From NCBI GenBank assembly GCA_965208615.1, contig CBDBPB010000004.1, positions 1-64,000 of the forward strand: 64,000 bases of DNA, in the 5' to 3' direction. Numbering within the stretch: position 1 is the first letter of the stretch; each line of letters begins with the position of its first letter. The notes under the pieces were generated by a model. That model was not told the origin of the DNA, made no database searches, and saw only the letters and a list, made by a program, of their open reading frames with translations. Origin of the DNA: Spirochaetota bacterium. GTDB taxonomy: Bacteria; Spirochaetota; UBA6919; CBDBPB01. Position numbers and translations under genes: made by a program. Shown here piece by piece: positions 11,546-21,331 of the stretch.

Positions 11546-11664
11546 TTTAAAATGTTTAAAATTAATAATTTATTCTTCTTGTATAAAATAAGTTAACAAC
11601 ACTAACCAATAAATTACACCTCCTTGCTATAGTTAATAATATTCTCATTTTTAATTTTTTTTAA

Positions 11665-11691
11665 TAAAAATTTATCATCCTTTACCGACAT
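11665..11691 (+). promoter_or_regulatory. Candidate sigma-28 (FliA) promoter upstream of flgB
   Basis: TAAA-N15-ACCGACAT versus consensus TAAA-N15-GCCGATAA. Confidence 0.55.
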
Positions 11692-11731
11692 TACTATGAG
11701 AAAATCATAGCTTTATGAATAAGGAAATATA

Positions 11732-12151
11732 ATGTTTATTAATACCAGCTTTATGGAAACGCAATCTATGTTATCCAAGTCAATGTCTGCTGAAAACCTA
11801 AGATGGACAGTAGTAAGTGATAATATAGCTAATGCAGATACCCCTTATTTTAAACGTTCTAGCGTTGCTTTTGAAAGTCAGTTAAAACGAGCTCTTGATA
11901 GTAAAGGACCTTATCCTTTTAAGGCTAAGCTTAGTGATAAAAAACATATACCGTTTTATAAGCCAATAAATTATAATAGCGTTAAACCAAAAGTAATATT
12001 AGAGTTTAACTCTAGCTACAGAAATGACAAAAATAATGTTGATATAGACAAAGAAATGGCATTAGCCTCTAAAACCGCTTTACGGTATAATGCCTTTACC
12101 TCTATAATGGGGCGTAACTTTAGAAAAATTAATATGTTATTAAGAGGTTAA
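11732..12151 (+). CDS. flgB: Flagellar proximal rod protein FlgB
   Basis: SDNIANADTPYFK, RNDKNNVDIDKEM. Confidence 0.95.
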   Translation: MFINTSFMETQSMLSKSMSAENLRWTVVSDNIANADTPYFKRSSVAFESQLKRALDSKGPYPFKAKLSDKKHIPFYKPINYNSVKPKVILEFNSSYRNDKNNVDIDKEMALASKTALRYNAFTSIMGRNFRKINMLLRG

Positions 12152-12153
12152 TT

Positions 12154-12612
12154 ATGGGGATGTTTGATGCTTTAAATATTAGTGCCTCTGGCCTAACTGC
12201 ACAAAGACTTAGAATGGACGTAATAGCAAATAATATAGCTAATGTTAATACCACAAGAACGTCTGAAGGCGGACCTTTTAGACGTAGTAGAGTAATACTA
12301 AGACCAAAAACTGAAAGATGGGATTTTAAATCACACTTTTTACCAGAAGCTTTAAAAAAACATCAAGGTGAAGGTGTTAGAGTGCTAAAAGTAGAAAAGG
12401 ATGCTAGCCCCACTAGACTAAAATATGATCCAACTCATCCAGATGCTATTGACTTTGGTCCTAAAAAAGGCTATGTAGAACTCCCTAACGTTAATATTGT
12501 TGAAGAAATGGTTAATATGATCTCTGCAACAAGGGCTTATGAAGCTAATGTATCCCTTATGACGTCTAGTAAAACCATGTTTAATAGAGCCTTAGAAATA
12601 GGCCTACGATAA
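12154..12612 (+). CDS. flgC: Flagellar rod protein FlgC
   Basis: SASGLTAQRLRMDVIANNIAN, YDPTHPDA, PNVNIVEEM, RAYEAN. Confidence 0.97.
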   Translation: MGMFDALNISASGLTAQRLRMDVIANNIANVNTTRTSEGGPFRRSRVILRPKTERWDFKSHFLPEALKKHQGEGVRVLKVEKDASPTRLKYDPTHPDAIDFGPKKGYVELPNVNIVEEMVNMISATRAYEANVSLMTSSKTMFNRALEIGLR

Positions 12613-12627
12613 GGAGATAAATAAATT

Positions 12628-12939
12628 ATGAACTTTTCATCATTATACACCCAAAACATTGGATCACCTTTTCAGGTTGCATTTGATAAAGAAACTCAAT
12701 ATAAGGCTCCTAATGTAACCGAGTCTTTTGGTAAAGCCTTAACCAAAGCCCTAGGCGAGGTTAATGACCTACAATTACGTTCGGATAAGGCAATACAAAC
12801 TATGATTACTGATCCTGGTAAAATAAATATTCACGATATTACCACTCTCTTAAGTCAATCTGAGATGGCATTATCCATGACTAAGGCTGTTACAGATAGA
12901 GTAATAAATGCTTATCGAGAAATTACATCCTTAAGGTAA
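12628..12939 (+). CDS. fliE: Hook-basal body protein FliE
   Basis: SFGKAL..EVNDLQ, DRVINAYREI; position after flgC. Confidence 0.93.
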   Translation: MNFSSLYTQNIGSPFQVAFDKETQYKAPNVTESFGKALTKALGEVNDLQLRSDKAIQTMITDPGKINIHDITTLLSQSEMALSMTKAVTDRVINAYREITSLR

Positions 12940-13122
12940 TTTATAAAATAAGGTAAATACAATAGTATTTTAAAAAAAATATTATAGTTAAATAATATAT
13001 GTTGCGATTTATAATAAGGCATATAACTAGAAATGGTTTATAATAAAACTTCTGAGGGGAATGTCATAAATCAGTTAACTAACTGGTATATAATTCCTTT
13101 CTGGAAAAGGAACAGTTAAGTT

Positions 13123-14826
13123 ATGCGAGACTTCTTTCAAAAACTTGTCGAGCAAATTAAAGGCATATTTGCTAAGCTAACATTAATACAAAGATTAATT
13201 ATAATAGGGTTACTTGTTATAGTAGTTGGTGCATTTGTCTTTTTAATTAGCTACTCTTCATCCGAAGAAAAGGTGCTCTTATATAAGGCCAACCTTACAA
13301 AACATGATTTTGATAGAGTTACAAAAAAACTTGATGGTATGAACATCCCTTATAGTACATCAGATAGGCTTATTTTCGTTGAAAACGATCAGATTGCCAC
13401 TAAAACAAGGGTACAATTGGGGCTTGAGGGCGTTGTTAGGGATGTAAAAGGATTTGATTTATTTGATAACCCTAAATTCTCTACTACAGACTTTGAACGA
13501 AAAATTAATCTAAGAAGAGCTATATCAGGTAATCTGGTTAAACACCTTGAAGCCCTTGATGATATTGAAAAAGCCGAAGTTAGTATAGCCTTTAATGAAA
13601 GAACTCCTTTATATTTAAAAGAAATAACTGATAGCCCTATTACTGCCTCTGTTATAATAACTCCTAGTCCTAATTCTGATATTATGGAAAATAAAAAAAA
13701 GATCCGTGGACTAAGGGATCTTATCGCTAAAGCAATAACAGGACTAAAACCTGAAAATATTACTATAGCAGATCATACCGGAACTAACCTAACTGATAAA
13801 GTTGATCCTTCAGAAACTGATAACGATTTAAGACTCGCAAAAGAACAACTTAAAATTAGAGAAAAAATGAGAAGGACTTATATAAAACAAGTTAGAACAC
13901 TACTAGATTCAACATATAAAGACCGATATGAGGTTACAGTCAGTCTTGACCTGAACTGGGATAAAACTAATAAAGTTGAAGAAAATATTAAACCAATTGA
14001 AAAAAGAAAAGATAATCCAAATACACCATACGATGAAACAGAAAATCAGGTGGGTGCTGATCTAAGCACTAGAACAACTAAAGAAACTTTTAAAGGTCCT
14101 GCATATATACCAGAAGGACCTGCTGGAGTACAACCTAATACCGGACCAGGTATAAAAGAACTCGTAGATAGAAATTCTGATTATCAAAAAACTGATACCA
14201 TTACTAATAAGGTCCACTCTAAAGAAACTGTAGAAAAACATGAAGCTCCTATGAAAATAGAAAGAGTTACAATTGCAGTAGCCCTAGATGAAGAATTTAA
14301 CTATGAACATGATAAAGATGGAGAAATTAAGCTTGTTACTGGACGAGTTGTTCCAAAATATAAAAAAATTAGCGGCAATGAGTTAAAAGACGTTGAAGAA
14401 ATGTTAAAAAGCTCTATTGCATATGATGCTAATAGAAAAGACAGAGTTTCTGTAAAGGCTATTAGGTTTGACCGAAGAAAAGAATTTGAGGAAATGTCAA
14501 CTAAACTACGAGATGAACGTAAAATGCAAAATCTCATATTAGTTGGAATTATCTCTATTCTTGCTGTTATTATATTATTCTTATTAATTAGAGCCATACG
14601 AAAAGAGCTAGCACGACGAAAAAGACTAAAAGACGAAGAATTAGCACGACAACAACAAGCTATGCGTGAAGAAGCTATGAGAATAGCTGAAGAAGAAGGA
14701 TTAGGATTAGATATTCCAGCCGCAGATAGAGCTAGGCTGGAAATGGAAGAAAGTGCTATTGGACTTGCTCGTGAGCGCCCTGAAGATGTCGCACAACTAA
14801 TTAGAACATGGCTGGTTGAAGAATAA
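13123..14826 (+). CDS. fliF: MS-ring protein FliF
   Basis: Two TM segments, KGFDLFD, ASVIITP, C-terminal PEDVAQLIRTWL. Confidence 0.95.
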   Translation: MRDFFQKLVEQIKGIFAKLTLIQRLIIIGLLVIVVGAFVFLISYSSSEEKVLLYKANLTKHDFDRVTKKLDGMNIPYSTSDRLIFVENDQIATKTRVQLGLEGVVRDVKGFDLFDNPKFSTTDFERKINLRRAISGNLVKHLEALDDIEKAEVSIAFNERTPLYLKEITDSPITASVIITPSPNSDIMENKKKIRGLRDLIAKAITGLKPENITIADHTGTNLTDKVDPSETDNDLRLAKEQLKIREKMRRTYIKQVRTLLDSTYKDRYEVTVSLDLNWDKTNKVEENIKPIEKRKDNPNTPYDETENQVGADLSTRTTKETFKGPAYIPEGPAGVQPNTGPGIKELVDRNSDYQKTDTITNKVHSKETVEKHEAPMKIERVTIAVALDEEFNYEHDKDGEIKLVTGRVVPKYKKISGNELKDVEEMLKSSIAYDANRKDRVSVKAIRFDRRKEFEEMSTKLRDERKMQNLILVGIISILAVIILFLLIRAIRKELARRKRLKDEELARQQQAMREEAMRIAEEEGLGLDIPAADRARLEMEESAIGLARERPEDVAQLIRTWLVEE

Positions 14827-14961
14827 TAAAAAAATAACCACAATAAACATAAACTGACTAATAAAAGACTAATGTTAACTTTTTAAAAGCATTATAATAA
14901 TAACGTTTTATAAAATTATAGATAATGCTTACTTGTAAATTATAGGAGGTTAAAACCATCT

Positions 14962-15870
14962 GTGGCTAAACATATATTTAAAAAACTAAAACTTAAAGAC
15001 CTAGGAAAACCAATAGCCATTGATACTGGTACTATTGAAACTCCTGCTACGGCTAAAGAGCTAGAGACAAAAGAAGAAATAGACGTTGAAACCTCTATTG
15101 AAGAGCTAGAGAATGAACTAGAAGAAAAACGAAAACAAGTTGAAAAAGAAATTATAGAAAAAAAAGAAAACCTAGACCAAGAAATAGACTCTACTAGAAA
15201 TGAAGCTGAAAACTGGGCATTTGAAAAAGTTAAAGAAGCCAATAAGGAATATGAAACTAAATTAACTCAAGCAGACTCTATTGCAAAAAAGAAAATCGCT
15301 GAAGCAGAAAAAAAAGCTAATATACTAATTGAGGATACAAGAATAGAAGCCTCTAAAATGGAAGAAGATACTCATCGAAAAGGGTATGAAGAAGGACATG
15401 AAAAAGGCTATAACACAGGAAAAGAAGAAGTTGAACGATTAATTACGCGTTTGAATATTGTATTATCATCTGCTATAAAAAAACGTAATGAGATTATTGA
15501 AGAAGCCGAATCCCAACTCATTGACCTTGTAATAGTTATTGCTAGAAAAGTAGTTAAGTCTATTTCAGAAACACAAAAACGAGTTGTTTTTGATAATATA
15601 TCTGAAGCATTAAAAAAGCTAAAAGGTAGAGCTGAAATTACTATTAGAGTAAACTCCGAAGACTTGCAAATGACTACTAAACATAAAAAAGAATTTATAG
15701 AAATGGTAGAGGGTATAGAACAAGTTAAAATTCTAGAAGATAATACCGTAGAAAAAGGTGGATGCTATATTACTACTGATTTTGGCTCTATTGATGCTAG
15801 AATATCTACTCAGCTATCTGAAATAGAAGAACAAATAAAAAAATTAACTCCCTTAAAAGAGGATGTATAG
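14962..15870 (+). CDS. fliH: Flagellar export regulator FliH
   Basis: GxxxG repeats (KGYEEGHEKGYNTG), GGCYITTDFGSIDARI; AGGAGG upstream of GTG. Confidence 0.93.
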   Translation: MAKHIFKKLKLKDLGKPIAIDTGTIETPATAKELETKEEIDVETSIEELENELEEKRKQVEKEIIEKKENLDQEIDSTRNEAENWAFEKVKEANKEYETKLTQADSIAKKKIAEAEKKANILIEDTRIEASKMEEDTHRKGYEEGHEKGYNTGKEEVERLITRLNIVLSSAIKKRNEIIEEAESQLIDLVIVIARKVVKSISETQKRVVFDNISEALKKLKGRAEITIRVNSEDLQMTTKHKKEFIEMVEGIEQVKILEDNTVEKGGCYITTDFGSIDARISTQLSEIEEQIKKLTPLKEDV

Positions 15871-17252
15871 TGTTTCAGAAGTATACTGAGTCAATTGAAC
15901 AAATTCAACCCATAAAATATACTGGAAAGGTAGATAGAGTAATTGGTCTCACTATAGAGAGTCTTGGGCCACAAACCGAAATTGGTGAAATGTGTACTAT
16001 TATAACCAAAGAAAAAAACATATTGGCTGAAGTAGTCGGTTTTAAAGATAAAAAAGTTATTATGATGCCCTATAACGAAGTGGAAAGCATTCAACCAGGG
16101 TCAGAAGTAGTAGCATGGGGTAAAACGTTAAAAATTAATGTTAGTAATGACCTTTTAGGACGAGTTATAGATGGTATAGGAAAGCCTCTTGATGGAAAAG
16201 GAGAAATATATTCCAAAATACAAAGGTCTATTTATAATCTGCCTCCTACTCCATTAGAAAAAATGAGAATTGATATACCTATATCCACCGGCATAAAGGT
16301 AATAGATGCTCTTTTTACTGTTGGAAAAGGTCAACGTATAGGTATATTCTCTGGTACAGGTGTTGGAAAGAGTACTCTATTGGGTATGATTGCAAGACAT
16401 AGTAATTCTGAGGTTAATGTTATTGCCCTTGTTGGTGAGCGTAGTAGAGAGGTTAGGGAGTTCATAGAAAAAGAGCTAGGTGAAAGCGGTATGAAACGCT
16501 CCATAATTATAGTTGCTACTTCTGATAGTGCTCCTCTTATGAGAATTAAGTCCGCATTCATTGCAACCTCAATAGCTGAGTACTTTAGGGATCAGGGAAA
16601 AAATGTAATATTAATGATGGACTCTATTACCAGATTTGCAAGAGCTCAGCGTGAAATAGGCTTAGCTATAGGTGAACCGCCAACTACAAGGGGATATACT
16701 CCTTCAGTATATAGCATATTACCAAAACTAATTGAAAGGGCAGGTACATCAAAAAAAGGTGCTATTACTGCCTTCTATACCGTATTAGTCGAAGCCGATG
16801 ACTTTAACGAACCTGTATCTGACAACGTAAGAGGAGTTTTAGATGGGCATATATCATTATCAAGAACATTGGCGGCCAAAAGCCATTATCCAGCTGTTGA
16901 TATACTAGACAGCATTAGCCGTCTACAAATAGATTTAGTATCCAAGCGTTATAATCAATATGTTAGTAAAATTAAAGAAATTATCTCTACATATAGAGAA
17001 GCCGAAGACTTAATTAATATTGGTGCTTATGTAAAAGGTAGTAATCCTAAAATAGATTACGCCATATCTATGGTTGATAGTATTAATGAACTGTTTAAAC
17101 AAAAAATTGATGAACACCTTCCCATCGAAGATACCTTTAAAAAAGTATTTGAGATGTTTTCTGATAAACAATTTGATCTGAAAATTGATCTTCCAAAGTT
17201 TATACCTAAAAAACCTATTGTAAAAAATGATATAAATATTTTAGCAAGCTAA
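15870..17252 (+). CDS. fliI: Flagellar export ATPase FliI
   Basis: SGTGVGKS, GERSREV, DSITRFARAQREIGL, LDGHI. Confidence 0.97.
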   Translation: MFQKYTESIEQIQPIKYTGKVDRVIGLTIESLGPQTEIGEMCTIITKEKNILAEVVGFKDKKVIMMPYNEVESIQPGSEVVAWGKTLKINVSNDLLGRVIDGIGKPLDGKGEIYSKIQRSIYNLPPTPLEKMRIDIPISTGIKVIDALFTVGKGQRIGIFSGTGVGKSTLLGMIARHSNSEVNVIALVGERSREVREFIEKELGESGMKRSIIIVATSDSAPLMRIKSAFIATSIAEYFRDQGKNVILMMDSITRFARAQREIGLAIGEPPTTRGYTPSVYSILPKLIERAGTSKKGAITAFYTVLVEADDFNEPVSDNVRGVLDGHISLSRTLAAKSHYPAVDILDSISRLQIDLVSKRYNQYVSKIKEIISTYREAEDLINIGAYVKGSNPKIDYAISMVDSINELFKQKIDEHLPIEDTFKKVFEMFSDKQFDLKIDLPKFIPKKPIVKNDINILAS

Positions 17253-17259
17253 AACCTAT

Positions 17260-17703
17260 ATGAAGAAATTTAACTTTAAACTACAAACACTACTAGATCT
17301 TAGATGTCATAAAGAAAAACAAGAACAAGATAAATTCTCAAAAGTGTTAGCTGAATATATAACTATAGAAAATATAGTTTATGATGCCATAGAAAAAAGA
17401 AACTTGATACTAACTAATAGTCAGCTATATAATAAGCAAGGTAATATACAACTTTTCTACTATAGAGATTTGGCAAGAAAAGGACTCAAAACTAAAATGT
17501 ATAACTATAATAAGGTCTTAAAAGAAAAAGAGATACCCCTAAATAAGGCTAGGGAAAAGTTAATTGAATCCACTAAAAAGAAAAAGGTTCTAGAGATCTT
17601 AAAAGATAAAGCTTTTCTTAAGTACACCGAAGGAATAAAAAAAGAAGAACAAGATGAACTAGACGAAATAGGAACTAATATCTACTTAAAAAAATTAACC
17701 TAA
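17260..17703 (+). CDS. fliJ: Flagellar export protein FliJ
   Basis: MKKFNFKLQTLLDLR, EQDELDE; follows fliI. Confidence 0.9.
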   Translation: MKKFNFKLQTLLDLRCHKEKQEQDKFSKVLAEYITIENIVYDAIEKRNLILTNSQLYNKQGNIQLFYYRDLARKGLKTKMYNYNKVLKEKEIPLNKAREKLIESTKKKKVLEILKDKAFLKYTEGIKKEEQDELDEIGTNIYLKKLT

Positions 17704-17713
17704 GGTAAATATT

Positions 17714-18358
17714 ATGAATAGTTTAAAAAGCTTGTTTGTAAGAATTAACAGCATACAACAAAAAATAAATGGGTTTAAGCCAGAAAAAATTGATCAAATA
17801 AATAAACACTATTCTAAGAACAAGTTTAACAATATATTAAAAAATGCTATAAGCAATACCTATAATAACATAAATAATACCTATAATAATATGACTAATA
17901 GAGTTCTTTTACCTGCTAATAGAATAAATAATAACAATAAGATAAATAATAACAATAAAATAGATAATAACATACCAACTATAATAAAAAAAGCTAGCAA
18001 GGCATATAATGTTCCAGAGGGTCTTATTAAGTCTGTTATTAAAAATGAGTCCAATTTTAATACTAATGCCATATCCAAAAAGGGAGCTATGGGGTTAATG
18101 CAGTTGATGCCTAAAACTGCTAAGATGTTAGATGTAAAAAATCCTTTTGATCCGAAAGAAAATATATTTGGAGGTACTAAGTATATTAAATATCTCCTTA
18201 AGCGTTTTAATGGAAATCTTCCTTTGGGTTTAGCTTCTTATAATTCAGGCTTATCCAGAGTTATTAAGGCTAATGGCATACCCAATATAAAAGAAACACA
18301 AAATTACGTTAAAAATGTTATAAAAAGCTATAATAAATATAAAAATACCAGCCAATAA
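17714..18358 (+). CDS. Lytic transglycosylase (SLT domain), no signal peptide
   Basis: IKNESNF, GAMGLMQLMP, ASYNSG, ETQNYV; Asn-rich linker. Confidence 0.9.
   Translation: MNSLKSLFVRINSIQQKINGFKPEKIDQINKHYSKNKFNNILKNAISNTYNNINNTYNNMTNRVLLPANRINNNNKINNNNKIDNNIPTIIKKASKAYNVPEGLIKSVIKNESNFNTNAISKKGAMGLMQLMPKTAKMLDVKNPFDPKENIFGGTKYIKYLLKRFNGNLPLGLASYNSGLSRVIKANGIPNIKETQNYVKNVIKSYNKYKNTSQ
17855..17971 (+). repeat. Short in-frame duplications in the SLT linker
   Basis: AATACCTATAATAA twice at 21-nt period; ATAAATAATAACAATAA(G/A) about 2.7 copies at 18-nt period (INNNNK). Confidence 0.75.
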
Positions 18359-18372
18359 AGTGGAGTATTATA

Positions 18373-19068
18373 ATGCAGTCTAATAAAATGAAATTATTAG
18401 TTTGGGTTTTCTTAAATATATTTTTAATAGCCTCTATACTTTTTGTATTAGATTACTTTAAGATATGGTCTGGATACGACTTTTATTATGACCTTATTGG
18501 TAAAGATAAAGTTATTACTAAAGTGGAAGACCCTTTATTGCTAGACAGAGAAAGACTTATGAAAAGAGAGGCTAGCCTTAATGCTAGAGCAAATATACTA
18601 GATATGAGAGAACGTGCTTTAGAAGAAGTACAAAAACATCACGAAGAAACAATGATGCTGGTAAAACGTGGAAAAGATCAGATAGATGAACGTGAACAAA
18701 GTCTTATCATGGCAGTAAAAGAAAAAGAAAATATTGAAAAAAATATTAAGGATCTCTCAGAAAAAATTACTAATATGCCTCCTGCCAAAGCAGTAGAAAA
18801 ATTAGAAACTCTTGATCCCATAGAGATAATTGATATATTTAGGCAAATTGATAAAAATGCTAAAGAAGCTGGTATTGCATCAATATCATCAAAATATCTT
18901 TCCGATTTAAGCCCCAAAAAATCCCGGGAGGTTATGAGACTTAAACTTAAATCTCCTCTTAACCCTAAGGATAATAAACCTAAAATAAAACCTGAAAATA
19001 ATGAAAATGAAAATCCTGAAGATGAAGAAAATCCAAAGGATGATAATATAGAAAAACCAACTTCTTAA
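18373..19068 (+). CDS. flbB: Periplasmic flagellar collar protein FlbB (MotE-like)
   Basis: N-terminal TM, coiled coil, NMPPAKAV..IIDIFR..ASISSKYLSDLSPKKS; position before fliK. Confidence 0.8.
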   Translation: MQSNKMKLLVWVFLNIFLIASILFVLDYFKIWSGYDFYYDLIGKDKVITKVEDPLLLDRERLMKREASLNARANILDMRERALEEVQKHHEETMMLVKRGKDQIDEREQSLIMAVKEKENIEKNIKDLSEKITNMPPAKAVEKLETLDPIEIIDIFRQIDKNAKEAGIASISSKYLSDLSPKKSREVMRLKLKSPLNPKDNKPKIKPENNENENPEDEENPKDDNIEKPTS

Positions 19069-19308
19069 TATTTATTAGCTACGGTTTAATACATAGTTAA
19101 ACCATCCCAAAATGTTTTTTATTATGTTTAATAATCAATAACAACTTCAGTATAAAGTATAAAACTCATTATAAAATAATAAACCTTTTTAAAGTTAAAT
19201 TATTAGAAAATGCCTTATTATCTTCAGTAGATCAATAAATAATATTGACTTAAACTATTAATTAAACATATAACCTTAATACATTTTTTTAAGGTTAAGA
19301 AAAAATGC

Positions 19309-19336
19309 TAAGTTAGAACATTGTTTTTATCGAAAT
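19309..19336 (+). promoter_or_regulatory. Candidate sigma-28 promoter upstream of fliK
   Basis: TAAG-N16-ATCGAAAT; weaker match. Confidence 0.35.
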
Positions 19337-19407
19337 AGTAATAAAAAGAATCTGAAATTATACCATAACTTTTATATTCGTACAAAAACAAGCTAAGGGA
19401 GCATACC

Positions 19408-20754
19408 TTGAACATTAATTTGTTAGCAATACCCAAAAATGAAGTTCCTAAAAATAATAGCCCTATTATTAATATCATCAATAACAGCTTTAAAATAGAA
19501 CTCGATAAAACAGTTAAAAATATAAATAAAGAAAAACAACCTGTAATAAATAAGAATAATATTACAACTAATAAAAAAGTAGATGAACTAAATAATAAAA
19601 AAATAACCAAAATAAATAATGAAAAAATAGATGAAAAAGAAAAAATAAACGAAAATAGCCTGGTAGATGATATTAACTCACTAAAAAATAAAATACTAAA
19701 TATTAACCATATAGAAGTGAATAACCAAAGTAAAATTAATAAAAATACTAATAAAACTAATCCTATATGGAAAGATATATCAAATATATTATCAAGTATA
19801 CTTAATAAACTAAATAACAAAAATAGTGAGCATTATAAACTAACTATAGAATCTCTAAAAGAATTAACCAGCCTAAGTGGTAAACTAAAACTTAATATAA
19901 AAAACATCAATAAAGAAATAGGACCCCTCTTAAAAGAACTTTTTAATGCCTTAACTAATATAAAACCTAATAATGAAAAAATTAATCAAAAACATAAAGC
20001 TAAACTAAAAGAACTATTCCATAACCTAAAAACCGTTGTCGATAAGAAAATCAATAACAAAGCTGAACAAAATGAACTATTTAACTCTAATAAAATAACT
20101 CAACATGCTAGCTTGTCAAATAGCCTTAAAATAAAAACAATTAAAAATAATACGAAAACAAACTCCCCTAACGAACAATCTAATAAGGAAATAATAGAAA
20201 ATCAGTCCAATATACAAAAAGTGGATAACAAGCTCCAGCATACTGCAGAAAGTGATGTCAATAATAACCTCGACCTTAAAACTAAATCATCCCCACTAAG
20301 TCAACTAAAAAATCCTAAGGGATTTAATATTGATAATCCCAATGAGCTATTTAATCAAATAGTTAATAAAGCGACTATGGCTATTAATAACCGTCGTAGT
20401 GAGATGCTAATTAAACTAGAACCGCAAATTATGGGTAATATCCGCTTAAAAATAGTGGTAGAAGGTAAAGAGGTCAGCGGCAGTTTCTTCGTTGATAACA
20501 AAGCTGTAAAGTTATTTTTAGAAGAAAATATATCCTCACTAAAAACTAATATAGAAAAACAAGGCCTAGAACTCGATAACCTTAATATCCTACTAGAAGA
20601 TAACTCAAATAAAAACCCAGAATCAAAAATGACCTATAATATAGAAAATAATACAAAAAGAATAACTAATAACATTCCAAAAGATGAAGAAACAATTACT
20701 TCCCAGTATACCATGCCAGACTGGCTTGCTAAAGAAGTTAATCTGGTAATTTAA
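19408..20754 (+). CDS. fliK: Hook-length control protein FliK
   Basis: Asn/Lys-rich low-complexity N-terminus; C-terminal IKLEPQIMGNIRLKI..LEENISSLKTNIEKQG; precedes flgD. Confidence 0.85.
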   Translation: MNINLLAIPKNEVPKNNSPIINIINNSFKIELDKTVKNINKEKQPVINKNNITTNKKVDELNNKKITKINNEKIDEKEKINENSLVDDINSLKNKILNINHIEVNNQSKINKNTNKTNPIWKDISNILSSILNKLNNKNSEHYKLTIESLKELTSLSGKLKLNIKNINKEIGPLLKELFNALTNIKPNNEKINQKHKAKLKELFHNLKTVVDKKINNKAEQNELFNSNKITQHASLSNSLKIKTIKNNTKTNSPNEQSNKEIIENQSNIQKVDNKLQHTAESDVNNNLDLKTKSSPLSQLKNPKGFNIDNPNELFNQIVNKATMAINNRRSEMLIKLEPQIMGNIRLKIVVEGKEVSGSFFVDNKAVKLFLEENISSLKTNIEKQGLELDNLNILLEDNSNKNPESKMTYNIENNTKRITNNIPKDEETITSQYTMPDWLAKEVNLVI

Positions 20755-20774
20755 TTAATAATTATGGAGAAAAT

Positions 20775-21248
20775 ATGCAGATAAATAATGCTATCCCCTT
20801 AACCCAAACAAATATACAAAAGAAAGTTGCAGAGCATGAGGTTCAGAAAGCTAATCAAGACTTAAGAGATAAGGGACTTAAATATAATCAAAAGCTAGGA
20901 CAAAATGACTTTCTTAAATTATTGGTAACACAACTAAAACATCAAGATCCACTTAGTCCTCTAAAGGATAAAGAATTCATAGCCCAAATGGCACAATTCT
21001 CATCACTTGAGCAAATGAAAAATATTAACAAGTCAGTGGAAAAGTTAATTAGACAATCATCAATATCGGAAAACTATAACCTATTGGGTAAGGAAGTTAC
21101 ATGGTTTAACTCCATTAATGGAAAATTCCATAGGGGAGTTGTTAACTCTATAGAAAAACCCGGAGGAATAATAAAGTTAAATATCGGGGGTTATCTGATT
21201 GACCCTGCTTCTGTAGTAAAAATTAAAATGAATGTAATAGAAAAATAA
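20775..21248 (+). CDS. flgD: Hook capping protein FlgD
   Basis: LGQNDFLKLLVTQLKHQDPLSP, FIAQMAQFSSLEQ. Confidence 0.96.
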   Translation: MQINNAIPLTQTNIQKKVAEHEVQKANQDLRDKGLKYNQKLGQNDFLKLLVTQLKHQDPLSPLKDKEFIAQMAQFSSLEQMKNINKSVEKLIRQSSISENYNLLGKEVTWFNSINGKFHRGVVNSIEKPGGIIKLNIGGYLIDPASVVKIKMNVIEK

Positions 21249-21331
21249 ATAAAATATAATTTCTATGCTAAATTAAGTAACTGTGGTTACGAAAATATAA
21301 TTGTTAAATATAAAAAAAGAGGTATTGGCTT

